Of a DNA stretch of 64,000 nucleotides, positions 43,701-58,052 are shown piece after piece. The notes beneath the pieces were generated by a model. That model was given only the letters and a program-made list of their open reading frames with translations. It had not been told where the DNA came from and did no database searches. How positions within the stretch are numbered: the stretch's first letter is position 1; each line of letters opens with the position of its first letter. Source of the stretch: Podarcis gaigeae (taxonomy: Eukaryota); NCBI GenBank assembly GCA_964106915.2, contig OZ066915.1; one strand, 5' to 3'. The translations under genes and the position numbers were made by a program.

Positions 43701-46700
43701 GTGTATGTTTTTGTAAACAGGTTCTGGATGTTCAGCCTTGTAGCTGCAGAAGACAATTAGCAGGACATCAGTTTACTTTTTTGTAGGATCTGGGGTGTCT
43801 GTTTCCCTATAGGTTGTTTTTTCTCAGGTTTATTTAAAAGCACGAGTATTTCATATTACCAGTATCCTGCAATGTGCTAGAAGATTGGGAGCAATTAATG
43901 CCCAACACCTGTGTAATGTGATTTCTAAGACAAATTGCTTTATCTTTAGCAGGTGCAAATGGCAAAGCTTACAATTGAATTTCTATTTATTCTTTTTTGT
44001 TTCAGCTTCTCTCAGCTTCTAAATTCTTTTCTTTTCCTTTTTCATTCATTAACATTTTGTAGAAAGGTCTTGTAGGTGGTTTATTTATGACACAGACAGG
44101 AATTCAGAGATGCTGATAGATTATTTTTTTGCTCGGTATTATGTTGCCTCTATATTTATCTTGTATAGCTGAATCTATATTAAAGATGACATACCAAGAT
44201 CAGGGGATGATGGAGAAAGGGAGAGAGATACTTCATCATCTTCAGAAATTGGTGTTATTATGTAATGCCAAGCCTTTGTATTGCACCGTTCGGTATTTCC
44301 TCTTTTGTGGCAAACTGCAGTTGTAAGCCATGATCAAACCATGGTTTGCATTTCAGATTGCAGACAAACTTTGGTTTGCACAAACTATGTTTTTGCCTAT
44401 TTGGATGTAACTGCAAACTGGTTTGCCACAAAAGAGGATGTGTAACAGTGTGCAATGGGAGGAAGGTGTGTACATGCCCAAGGCTCTGTTTGAATTGAGC
44501 CAGTGTCTAGGAACTAAAAAGCCTTAGATCAAGCCTTTTTGCTATCTAATATTCTTTCATTGGTTTTAGAGGGTCTTTCTTGAATTCATGTTTGGACTTA
44601 TTCCAAAACTAGTATTGCAGTGCTTTTGTTGAGTTTGCTAAGTAATTTGATTAATTTCCCATAATTTTACTTGAGTGATTACTTCTGAAGTATTCTCTGC
44701 TCTTACCATAATCACAGTTTGTGATAAATGTACAAATATCCACATTAAATTTTCAGCTATCAGGTTTGACAAGTTCCTTGGTTCAGGGCTGAGAGGAAGG
44801 GCTTTAAAACTATGAAGCACTTCTAAAATTGCAGCTGAAGAGCCCAGAGTTTAACAGTCCAATCCTAAACATGCTTAATAATAATAATAATCCTACTGAA
44901 TTCTTTGAGACCTTCCTCTTACAAAGTAAGCTTCATTTTCAAACATTTGACAGTGATGGGTAGAAGATACTGGAGACTTTCACATTTGTCTTGAGATGAA
45001 CACTGTTCATCAAAAATAGAAAAACTGTATTTCTTCATGCAGAGCCACTTGTCAGCAAGAAAAGAAACCTAACACAGCTGTGGAAGTCTGTTCGACCCAA
45101 TGTAAAAAAATCCTTTATTACTGACGCAAAATTCTGCACACTTCTTCTAGCCTTAAAATATGCACCAACGGCTTTGTGGCTTTTTGACTAATCTTCTTTT
45201 ACTTCAAAAATACACTGACAGAACATTGGCTCTGCATGTATTTTTGGAGTTAACATGATCCCTTCATTTTTTTCTGTTTTCTATTAATATTTATAAACTC
45301 TTCTCGGAAACCCAACAGCCACAGGTATGGGTTTTCTTTATGGTGTTATCAATGCAGGCAATAAAAGGAGAAAGACAATCACCAGCCTAAACTTAACTCT
45401 AGAAGAATGTAGTTGCTTTATGTTACGTAGCATAACTAATATTATCCTTCTGCATTTCATAGGAATATAATAGTTTTATGCAGGAATTTATAAACAACCA
45501 CAGAAATAGACATACAGTTATTGTAATATAAGAGACAGATGGTCTTGATTAATAGCTAAAAAAAAAATTTAGTTGCTTTAGGTGCAATTGTTTACAGTAT
45601 CCTGCCCTGTTACCTCCATCTAGATTAGATCCTTCATGGAAAGTATATTATTGCATTAGCTTTATGTTCACTACTCTGTATAAATGCATTTAATGAGTGC
45701 TGTAAGAGAGAGAAAGTTTTCAATTGATATAAAATGTGGCAAAATTCCTTCCCAATTTTTTTTTTGGCAGAGAGAGACTGAGAACACACAGCATTGAATC
45801 ATCAGGAAAATTGAAGATTTCCCCTGAACAACATTGGGATTTTACTGCGGAGGACTTGAAAGATCTTGGAGAAATTGGACGAGGCGCTTATGGTTCTGTC
45901 AACAAAATGGTCCACAAACCAAGTGGGCAAATTATGGCTGTTAAAGTAGGTGATGCCCGTAATTCTTGTACTTTCCAACTGCAGGGGCAATATATAGTGG
46001 ATAGTTTAATATCCATCCATCTTGCGCTCAGCAGTTGTTTGCTTTCCCCCGCTATCTGTATATTTTGCCTTGTAGTTTAGTGTTATTAAATACTTAACTG
46101 GTTTGTAAAATTATGGGTTATAAAATTTAAGGAGAACATCTAATATATGTAAGCTTCTTTTTAACACAAACACTGTATATATACGGAGACTCTTTATCTC
46201 TAGGTTCCTGGTTTTAAATCCAGCTCAGGTTTATTATTATTAAATGCAGTTTTGCAGTGCTTTGTCAGGGTGCTTTGTGAAACAAGCTAGTTGCCTTGCT
46301 ACAGTAGTTTTCATTTTTCCTACTTATCTACTTGCACCAGTGTGTTTTCAAACTGCTATGTTGGCAGGAGCCTCGGACAAAGCAACAGGAACTCACCCCA
46401 TCATGTGGATTCAAACTGCCGACCACTCATTTCTTGTAATACTCTTTTAACAACACTGGGCTATAAAATAACTTGGAGTGAAGGCAGAATTGAGCCCTGT
46501 ACTCAGTCCAGTTATCAGCAAATATACTGGCATGTTTCATAACATGTAGGACACTAGTCATCAAGTATAATAGGAATAGAAGAGGGCATGACCAGTATGC
46601 TTTATGGAATATTAAATGTTCTTCACCCTGCTTTTTCCAGTATCTGTGTCTGTGAGCTACATAAGTGACTTCTGGCCTAGAAGGAATCCATTCTGTCTTG

Positions 46701-49700
46701 TTCCCTACTCTCCCTGAATTTGTAGGGTGGCACATGCCATATTTTTTTTCTGTGTAGCCATGCCTCTGCTGAGTCCTGTTGAGGGTCAATATTTGGGTTT
46801 TCCATAGCAACAGATTAAGGTTTGTTACCAAGTAAATAGGTTGGTACCAACAAGGAGTTGCATCCAGTGTGGACTGCTTCACACTTTGATTAGCCAGGTT
46901 TCGCTTGTGTATGCTGCAGTACAGCACACAAAGTATGAATGCAGAGGTGGACATTTGTAAACACAATGGACAGGCTACCTGAGAGACACATCACATTGCA
47001 TCTCCCTGATACATCTTTAATGGGTCCTTGGAACATTTAAGGATTCACATAACTTCCACGTTGAGCTCAGCAACTGTCATACATTTATCTGTATGATAGA
47101 CATAATTGCCATATTCAAACTTTGCTATTATGGTGATGTTTAATCCATTCCCATGTATTCAGTAATAAATACTAAATACTAATAAATTATGGGAGGAATT
47201 CAGCATTCCTCTATTATAATGATTCTCTCAGCTTGCCATACAGGACGATCTCCTCCCTGCCCCCAGGTATGCTTTTCTGGAGGTTCCCACAATCACTGGA
47301 ACCAGTTTGATCTTCCCAGGATCACTCTACCTTGATTTGTGCTCAGCTTGTGTTTTCTGTGGGAAGTCTTGATAATAGGTGGCTGTTTTATGGTAAAATG
47401 ATGCTGGAAAAAAGATTCTATATAGATGGCCAGTAAAATAAAAGTAAAAGAAAAGAAATAATTCTAAAATTCCATAGACAGAATTCTACAGAAAACAGGA
47501 AGGTCAGGCAGATACCAGCAGCCACTGAAGAAAGGGAAAAATGGTAAAGAAATATTAGGAGAGGAATTCTGGAGAAGAAAATGGGAGCAAAGTCAGAAAA
47601 CTCTGGAGATAAACTGCGTTTTTGCAGGGCTCTTGAAATCAAGGAGAGCACAATGGCAAGTGCTTTGCATATTTGGTCATGGGATTCCTTGGGAATACAA
47701 AGATTGGATAATGTATTGTATACAAAGGCTAGGAATAGTTCCAAGCTGAAGGGAATTGTGAAGGTTAGAGGGCATTGGCCTATATGCAGTTTAGGTATTG
47801 GCCAGAGAGTTAAGAAACACTGGAAAAAGGAAAAACAGTTGGAGTGTGTTAGATTTGCAGTTGTGTTTTAGAGTTCCCATTTCATCTTCTGTGTAACAGG
47901 CAGTTCTTTACTTGGATCATTCTGTTCTGCTCATCATTTCCTAGGCAAACAGTTGAGCTGCTTACTATTTGTACTCTGGAATGTGTAATGGCTTTACAGC
48001 TGTAGAATAATTGTGCCCAGAAGAATTGTATAGTGTCTCCAGAACAAAGCAGAACCGTCCCATGCCTGCTATTATAACTTTCTCAAGTGGCTTTGGTCAG
48101 CATTTGTTTGGTGGGGGAGGGTATGGTATTTTTGTTACTCTTAACAGTTAGCATATAGAGATCCATATTGTTATGCTATAACTGGGGATATTTTTGTAAA
48201 GTGTCTTCTTGGGGCCACATTACGTGCTAATGTTCAAAGCATTTTTTATTGTGTGCTTAGAATTGGCCTTTTTCTTTAGAAAAGCAGGGGTGTGGGTGTT
48301 CATGCTGATTTTCAATTGGGGCTGGAAGAGAGGTTAGCTGTTTAGCCCTGCACTGTTTTCCCTGGAAAATCACTCTATACAGAAGCTTTTTTGCCCCAGA
48401 AGGTGATAGCAAATTGTGGGTAGTACTGGAGGAGGTTGCCTAGAAAATAGCAATGGGTAAAGGATCAAAATCTGGATTAGGATTAGGATCCACTGCAGTT
48501 GACTTTTCTAAAAGGAGAGACATGACACAGTGCCTAAAAACACTTTTAATATGCCATACAGTTTGGCCCTTAGTCACAGATTGGCTACCAACGTGTCATA
48601 TTCTTTATGGAGGGGGTGGGGGACCTTAGGCCAAGGGACCAAATATGGTCCTTAGTAATCTTTCCAGACCATGCTTCCTCTCCAAGCCACACCTGTGGCC
48701 AGCCTTGCACTGCGGCCTACTCAAATGTTTTTGTTAGGCTGGAATGTGTCCCATGAATTGAGTCCTGAACTGAAGAAAATACTGCCTAATAAAAGGGAAT
48801 ATTCATCCTCAAATATGGATCGTTGCATGATAATGATAGCATAAGTCAGCCTTCCCCAACTTGCTGTCTTCCTATCATCCTAAACTACTGGACAAGGTGT
48901 GGTGGTTAGACTTCTGGACTAGTACCTTGGAGATCAGGTTTGAATCCTTCCTCAGGCATGGAACTCTTTGGTTGTCCTTGAGCTAGTTGCTGTTCTTCAG
49001 CCTAACCTTCCTTACAGGTTAGAGGTTATTTATTTTTCTTAAAAATCACCTGAGCTGATTAAAATGGTTCAGATGACATGTCAAAGCCCATGGGTTTGGC
49101 CTGGAGTATGGAAGGAGTTAAGCAGGCGCTTTTGAGCAGTACATGGTTCATGTGGGTGAGCCCATAATAAGATATTAATGTGACATGCAAACACAGCTAG
49201 TTCTGTTTACTTTAATTATGATATCTCTTCCTTTCTTATTCTTTCAGAGAATTCGTTCGACAGTGGATGAAAAGGAACAGAAACAGCTTTTAATGGATTT
49301 GGATGTAGTTATGCGAAGTAGTGATTGCCCATATATTGTTCAGTTTTATGGAGCACTCTTCAGAGAGGTGGGCACTCAAAATCTGCTTAGTTTGTAACAG
49401 ATTTAGTTAATACGTTTTATGACGTTTTAATGGGTAATGAAGCACATTAACTGAAGGGCAGGCAGTAGACAATTTGCAAGGGTAAACTAGTTTGGTGGGG
49501 GAGATGCATGTAAAGAAAACGTTAGCACTGCTTTATTTCTAAAATGCCTATTTCATTTCAGTGCTTCTCAAAAGGTTCATTATAATCATGTGTTATACAC
49601 TTGTGGCTTTCAAACTTTCTACCTTTTATTACATTTCACTTTTATCACATTCCTCCTCTTAAGGAGGTTGGGATGGTGCACATGGTTCTCCCCCATTTTT

Positions 49701-52700
49701 ATCACAACAACCCTGCCCGGTAGGTTAAACTGAGATATAATAGCTGGCCCAAGACATTGAGAAGCCTGGTAAGCATCTGACTACTCCAGGGGTCAGGAGG
49801 AATGCAATGCCATTGTATTTTGGGGTGGACAATTCCTATTGTATTTGAATGTCACATGCCACCTAACTACCGTATATACTCATGTATAAGCTGACTTTTT
49901 CAGCACATTTTTTTTGCTGAAAAAGCCCCCCTTGGCTTATACTCGAATGAGGGTCCCACCTGAGTGCATTTTCAGCAACCCCTCATCGGAGCAAGCTGTT
50001 TGCTGCCGCCGCTCGTGCTGCCACTGCTCTGCCAAGCACGGCTCCTGTGCCTGCCCTTGCGAGCGGCAGAGGCTGTTGGTGGTGGTGGAGGAGGAATGAG
50101 CAGCCTGAAAGCAGCCCTTTTGGGCTGCTCGTTCTTCCTACGATGCTGCTGCCACCAGCCTCTGCCTCTCGGCAGCACCCTAGGTAGGCAGAGAGACTGG
50201 AGGGGCTGGGGGAGAGAGAGAAGCCCCCTCTGCCGTGTGCGCATGTGCACACACGCTCTCCGGCCCACTAGGAGGTTTGTGGTGTGGTGAACCGGCTTAT
50301 ACTCGAGTCAATAAGTTTTCCCAGTTTTTTGTGGTAAAATTAGGTGCCTCGGCTTATATTCAGGTCAGCTTTTACTTGAGTATATACGGTAATTGATTAG
50401 ACCAATTGTTATTTGACAAAAGAGGAAGCAGAATATTTTGTGAGGCAGACCAACTTGAAGTTTGTTCACAGAAATATGTATGTTCTGCTTTGTCTCTCTT
50501 CGTAAGGCAAAGGTTTGCATTGGTGTTGGTTTGTACGTCCGAGGACCTTCTTTTCTATGCTTCCCTTTCCATCACAGCTTAGCAAGAGTTGCACATTGAC
50601 CACCCCATATGTGTATTTCAGATTAACAATAATAAAACATGTCTTGCTTACTGCTTTTTTATTCTTAGGGTGACTGTTGGATCTGTATGGAGCTCATGTC
50701 TACCTCGTTTGATAAATTTTACAAATATGTATATAGTGTATTAGATGACGTTATTCCAGAAGAAATTCTAGGCAAAATCACTTTAGCTGTAAGTATTCTT
50801 TCTATTCTCACTGCTGCCTTTTTTGTGTGTGCACACTTCTACTTAGATTTTCAAATCCAGGATCTAGGCGGGAGATGATTTGACTTATTTAGGCTTGTTG
50901 CTGTGAAACCTAATGGTTTACCATATACTGCTCAATCTCTGCCAGGGCGGCTTCAGAATTTTTTTTTCTTCTGGTGGTGGAGGGGCACAGAAAGTACAAA
51001 ATATACTTCTAGGTCAGGGGTCTGCAACCTTTAAGACAAAAAGAGCCACTTGGACCGAAGAAAAAAAAAACTGGGAGCCACAAAACCATTGCAACATTTA
51101 AAACAGTGGGGAGTGTCGGGGCACACAATGCGCCTCCTCCCCTCGCTAGTATGCGCCCCGGAGCCGCGGCAAAGGTGTAAAAGAGCCACATGCGGCTCCG
51201 GAGCCATGGGTTGCTGACCCCTGTTCTAGGTGGATGGGTTGTGTCCCACATGCTAAGATCTCTGAAAGAAAAATAGCAGTATATGCCAATGACAGGAGTC
51301 CAGCAACGGGGAGGCAAGAGTGGGGGTGAGCTCCTTGGTTGGGGAGTGCACTGCCCCCTATCCCAGCACCACTCATGGCCCCCGCTAGCACAAGCAGGAA
51401 ACAAACCATGGTCTTACACAACCATTTCTATCACATTTTGTTTGCATTAACTGCACTCTAACATGGTATAGCTATTAAATGTTTAAAGGGATGCATCTGC
51501 ATTTCTGCCTTATAAGCTGTCTGAGATGCATCTTTAAATTGTTTGGCTTTGGATTGTGTAATAGGAGGCATTTTGTTATTTTTGTTCTCAATAAAATTTC
51601 TCTTTCTCTCCTAGACTGTGAAAGCACTAAACCACTTAAAAGAAAACTTGAAAATCATTCACAGAGGTAGGCTTTTCTGGATTTGTGTTTCTTACTGTGT
51701 GGTATGCCTGTCACACGCAGTTCTTCCTGAGCATGCCTGTAGATTATGCAAAATACATTTGTGAGCCGACTATTTGGGGTATTCCGCATGATCCTTTTAT
51801 GTTTCACTATGTCCGTGTGAGTTTTGGTTCTCTTGGGCTACCAGTTGGAGGCTGACATTAGGACAGAACCAATTGACAACACTCATTGGGTGTTACATTT
51901 TTTAAGTCACAAGTTTCTGTGTGCAGAACAGGGTCATAGTCCTATGGGAGGGGTTCTCTCACACACCAAAGCTGCTGCCATTGGTTGGTTGGTTGCTTGG
52001 CTGGCTGAGGTGCCTAGTTTGTTACTCCTTAACAAGCCAGGATTTGTAAGCCAACAACAAACCATGGTTTAAGGCTGGCTAGTGATCCTGGTTTGTAAGG
52101 GAGTAACAAACTGAGATCCTGACTTCGGATATCATGGGAAGCAAGCTCGAATCCAGGTTCCTGATTTATTTCTCCTGTTAATTCCAGAGGGGGAGTGACT
52201 CTAGTTTCTGTGACATGCAGTTGCTGTCTTTAGTCGTAACTTTGTGTCTGACGCTATGTAACTTTCAGCAGTTAGAAACTGAAGTCCTTTGGTTGCAGCT
52301 TATCTGCTTAAATATGTTTCTGTTTGCGCACATCTGTTGCAGATATTAAACCTTCCAATATTCTTCTGGACAGAAACGGAAATATTAAACTCTGTGATTT
52401 CGGCATTAGTGGACAACTTGTAGATTCCATTGCCAAAACCAGAGATGCTGGCTGCCGGCCCTACATGGCAGTAAGTGGGATTTGAAAACTTATATGTGAT
52501 GGGTGAGGTGCGAATAGAAATGGAATCCTTTCTTTTACTTGCTTTGTTGTAAAGGCAGAAGGTAAATATTTTGTACATGAATGGCTGAGGTTGAAATCAT
52601 TCTTCAGCTTCACAAGCTAAAACTTAGATGAAGTTAGCTTGATGTGAGGCTTCTCCAGCTTAATCTTAGTACATTACATCACTGCACACCCAAGCTGTGA

Positions 52701-55700
52701 ACAGCTTTTCTTGCAGTAATCAAATCTCTTTCATGCTTTAGTAACCTGGTCCCTCTACTGGCGAAGGTATTGGAAGCATCCATTTTCTATGTCATTGCAT
52801 TTAGATGGTCATTTGTAGGAGGAATCTATAATGAGCTAGTAAAACCCTGTGGCTCCTACCAGAGCTTTTCCTGGGAAGAAGAGGCTCGGGAATAGAGTGA
52901 GGACATTTTGGGCCATGATGGTTACCATACAAAGGTGCAGGGGAACGGGGAACATACAGTTCAGTGAAATTCCTTTTGAGTAAATTAAGTCTGAGAATTG
53001 CTTAGTAACATTCTGATGAGGATGTTGGTGCCTTGTGGTAGCACGGATCAATAAAATATAGCTTTAGTTCCAAAATGTGGCAGAATAATTGACTAGTCTA
53101 AGATGGATGCCCCCTATTGCCATTTAAATAACAGACAGATGGTTACACAAGATTTCCAAAAATACAGATTCTTTTGCCATTTGTTCTTAGTTTGATGTGT
53201 TAGTTTTTTTAAGGAGAAGTGATGCCAGATTCAAAGCCACAGATAACAGGGAAACAAAGAATATTCTTTCAGAAATACTGGCACCAGCCAAGTGAGACTA
53301 ATACACTTGAGTTGTGACATTAATAGCAGATGCTTTTGCCAAGCAGAACCAGATTGGACAAAAGTGCTGCAAAAGATTGAATGGTTCAGTACAATCCTAA
53401 CAATACAACATCATAAAATGCACAAATAAAATAAGAGGGTAATTTTATATAGAATAATATCTAGACTTTAGGCACCTGAAACATTGAAATACGTTTAATA
53501 CTTCACCGTGATGAAACCTGTATATAATAATTGTCCATGGCTTCCTAGTGGGAACCATGGGATCTAATTATCCTGAGAAGACTCATATTAAGGCTTTCAG
53601 TTCAGACTCCAGATTCAGTACTTTGGAAAACAGTCCGCCTCAGTCAAAGATGCTTAAGGGGCTGCCTAATTTGGCTCAGTGTTTATCCAGGTCCAATTCC
53701 TTCCTACCCCTTCACTAGTGAGAAATCAAAAATTTCAGAAGGATAGCTGCAGTGATTTCTCCTCAAGGCCAGTCTTTGCAGTTTTGGGGTGGGTAAAAAA
53801 GGAATCTCTTAAATCTCCCCTAATGTTTGCTTCCTTTGCACAATTCATACCTTGTTGCAGGATTCTGATTTGCTTTAAATAGAGTACATGCAGCCCTGCA
53901 TTAGGATTAGGATCATGGAAGGGACAGTTGGTGTTAAATGAATCCTTCTCCATATCCCACTTCAGTAAATTCTTGTCTTTTTCTTATATAACTGATATTC
54001 CTCCTCTTAATTTCAGCCAGAGAGGATAGACCCCAGTGCATCCAGGCAAGGATATGATGTCCGCTCTGATGTCTGGAGCTTAGGGATTACATTGGTAAGT
54101 GAGAAATGCTAAGGGCTTTGCATGCTGCTGGAGATAAAACCCTAAAGCAGCTTGTGAAGCAGCTTTAGGAGAAGTAAAAGCTAAACTGGCATTACTCTTG
54201 TGAACATGTACGCTGTGATAGGGCCTGCATTGCCTCCCTGAATAACAGACCTGGCTCAGCTTTCCTCTGCTACGCAGTTTGGCTTCCGTGGCTACTTTTT
54301 ATCAGCAGTGACTTTACTCTGTTACTAGGGGGCAGCAATGCATGCTAAAACCTCAAAAGAACCATGCTTTAAGCTAGGAAATCTGTTCCTTGCTGCCCAT
54401 TTAGAGCCAATGTAAGCCCAGCCTTCCTAGGTTTGGACCACTGAAGAAAGCTAACTTAGTAGGAGTGGAGAAGAGTGTATTGAAGCAGAAAGGGTTCGGT
54501 CTAATCAGAGACAATTCCAGATTCGAAGGGGCTGGTACCCTCTCTGGGCACATACACCCTTAGCATTAGCCTAGTAGTCACCCCCAAAGTGGATCTGACT
54601 AGGGGTGGGGACAGGTGGCAATGGTATCGAAGGGGGAAACCAGGAACTCCAGCTACCACCTCCTTCATTTCCCTGGAATGCCTCTGGGCCCTGCCCTAGC
54701 ATGTACAGCGGACGCTCGGGTTGCGAATGTGATCCATACGGGAAGCACGTTCGCAACCCGCAGCGCCGCATCTGCACACGTGCAAGTTGCAATTTGGCGC
54801 TTCTGCACATGTGCAAAACGCGATTTAGTGCTTCTGTGCAAGCACTGAAACCCAGAAGTAACCTGTTCTGGTACTTCCGGTTTTGGCACAGTGCATAACC
54901 CAAAGCTTCTGTAACCCGAGGTATGACTAGTATGTTTATGAGGAATGGGTAGACATTGTTTCCACTGCTTTTTTTATGGGAAGCTTGAGGTCAGTCAACC
55001 GGAGACAAATGCAAAATAGGGGCTTGGGTTAATGCAGAACACACACACACTATTATTTCACGTGTTTTAAAGGTCAAGTGCTTGCCTGCTGTTTTGTGAA
55101 CATTTTAAATTTAATTGAAGCAGCTGGTAAGTTGCCCACTCTGTCTCCCCAGCAATTGCCTGCACACCTCATATGATTCTTCTTCTTTTTAACAAAAGAA
55201 GTAGAAAGCATTGCAGCTCTTCTACAGCAGCAAGATAGAATTTCTCCCCTATCTGTGGAAAGCAGACTTGTGGGCTTTTCACAAATGGTAAAGTGTGTTT
55301 AAGGGACTCTTCATCTGAATACATCCAGCTGCAAAGAAGGGAGCAGGGGGCATTAGGATGCAGAGGGTTGAGCTCTTTTAAGTTGCTACTATGTCTGGGA
55401 ATCTCTTTTGAGTACCGGAACTATTATTTCTCAGGTACAAGCCATCTCCTGCTTTCCCCCAAGCTTTATTGATTTCAGATGGCTAATTTGGGAGGGTTGC
55501 TATTGTTAAATCATAAGGAGTTGGAAACCTTGCACAGAGCTTCTGCTGATGGGGCTTGTTTGGAGAATCCTCGCTCCCACCCTCCTGCCCCCATGAACTT
55601 TACAATGGCTAATCTAGCCCATGTTGTTCCTTTTTCTTTCGGTGTAGTATGAACTGGCCACAGGACGGTTCCCCTATCCCAAATGGAATAGTGTATTTGA

Positions 55701-56726
55701 TCAACTGACACAAGTAGTCAAAGGAGACCCACCACAGCTGAGTAACTCAGAGGAACGGGAGTTCTCCCAAAGTTTTATCAACTTTGTCAACTTGTGGTGA
55801 GTATGCCTCGCTCTGGGGCTCTTCAGGGCATTAGTAAGTGGTTCTGGCTCAGGAAATGGTGCATTTTTCCTCCACTAAGGATGAAAGTGGGTTGGGTGGA
55901 GAAAGCTGCAGTATGAAGAGCCACTTGCAAGCCTTAAATTAATGCCACATTTCCTGCATGTGTGATGGAAGTGGTGGCTTGGAGAGATTTAGACATGTCC
56001 TTCCCTAGTTGAGTTGCCACTCAACGTGAAGGCAACACAGATCTTCCTTACTGACTTCTCACATTTGACAAATAGCACTGGGATGGTAGGGAGGCCTTTC
56101 CTCAGGCTGTGTCTGTAGCAAGACCTTTTGTAGCCCCTAATTACATCTTGGAGATCCGTTTGTTGTTGCCTCCTCGATATATGATAGAGGGAGCAGCGAT
56201 TGCATCAAATAGAGTGCACACTGTAAACTGCAGAATATATCTTTGTAGTGCCTCCTGCTGGGAGTTTGCCTACCTGCAGGTTTGTAGCTGTGATATTTTA
56301 AATGAATGTTGATAAGCTGTGTTTGCCTCATTGCAGCACAATTATTACATTGTCCTGTGGATAAAACGAAGTGGATCTGAGTTGGTTGCTCTTGTTACAT
56401 TTAGCACACCAGAATGGGCTCAGGAAGTGTTATGTGAGCAACTTAACATCGTTTAGTATATTACTCTACATCAGTGGTGATTTGGAGCCTTGCAGGAGCT
56501 AGAATAGTTAAAGATACCTTTAAGATGAAACAATTGCCTTTGAGGCTATAATCACACAAAAGAGAAAGCGGAGGAGTGGTATTTAAAGGAGAATGATCAA
56601 TGTACATTTTACAAACTGATTAAAGCAAGACAGTCGCTTCAAATTCACTACAGTGTTGATGTGCTGCCACCTGTTGGTTTGACATTTTTCTGCAGTGTTT
56701 TTAAAATGCAGTTAATTACCCTCTTG

Positions 56727-56776
<50 letters not shown>

Positions 56777-58011
56777 ATTTATTGTCATTGTCCGTATATA
56801 CACAGTATACACAACAACGAAAATCAAGCACCCGAGACCGGATTCACATACACATTCGCACGTATCTCCAACACTCTCATCCTATTCAGACATAATCTAT
56901 TAGAACATAACATAATCCAGAATATAACATAACCTATTAGAAGCATAGCATAACCTAAAACCTATCTCATTCCTTACTACTCACTGCTTGCTATTTCTTA
57001 CAACTGGAGCTGATTTCTTAGAGGCAAATGGGCAGGACCAGACTGTCTTTAGTTCAGTGATGTGCTTTCCTCCTTAGAAAGGTGGGGAGCAGGATTTGTG
57101 TTAAGTAGACAAGGCCCTTGAAAAGCAACTGTGGCATTTTCCTCTCTGCTGAGCTCTCTATATTCATTTATGGCTGGTTATGGTAGTGCAAGAAGGATCT
57201 TTTTTAAGAATCCCCCTGTGTTTGTTTATGAAGGGTTAATTTCATGCTGCACAGGTCTTGAGAAAGAAGGAAAAGGAAACTTCCCTGATGCCAGGAAGTT
57301 GTTGAAAGGCTTCCTGCATTCAGACTTTTAAAACAATGGAGTGAGAGACGTACTGATAGGTTGCAGACTTCAGAGTGCTTCTGGTTATATTGCAGCATTT
57401 TCTTGGTTACCTGCAGACCAAGAACAGTCCTGGGATTCCCAATACCCACAACATACTCTGAGCCTAATAGGCAATACAAAGGTGAAAATACAGTGTCCAG
57501 GGCTTCTGCATAGTTTGGTAGAAAGAGGAATTTCAAGAGTGCATCTTGTCTTGCGTGGCTCATCTGCTGAAATTCCACTCCTATACAGCTTGCAGAAGCC
57601 CTGTCCTCTTTTTAAAATTTATTTCTTTACCTGATTGCCCTGGGTGAAAGAGAAGGCAGGTCACTATCACTGTATGAGTTGGTTTTGGACAGCCTTTGGA
57701 CAGAGAGGTGACTTAAATGACCATTAATGATCATCATCATCATCATCCATATAGGTGCATTCATGCGATAGAATTGCAGACTCTGACAGTGTGCAGTGTC
57801 TTAACTGCCCAACACTTAATTTCAGATGTTTTTCTGCTAATGTTCTGTCACCCTAATCCTCTTACTGATCTTTTTAGCCTTACAAAGGACGAGTCCAAAA
57901 GGCCAAAGTATAAGGAGCTTCTGGTGAGTATGATGGGATATGTGAATGCATGAGACTAGAACTGGCTAAGACTTTAAGGACTTTAAAGACTTTAAACTCT
58001 TTTGAAGCTTG

Positions 58012-58052
<41 letters not shown>

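Noticed and set aside
32212-45770. miR-744, which is intronic in human MAP2K4
   Set aside because: No matching hairpin noticed by eye. Recalled as mammal-restricted.
46427-46966. 179-aa minus-strand ORF; also 62920-63357 (+)
   Set aside because: No recognisable homology or splice context. Consistent with random ORFs.
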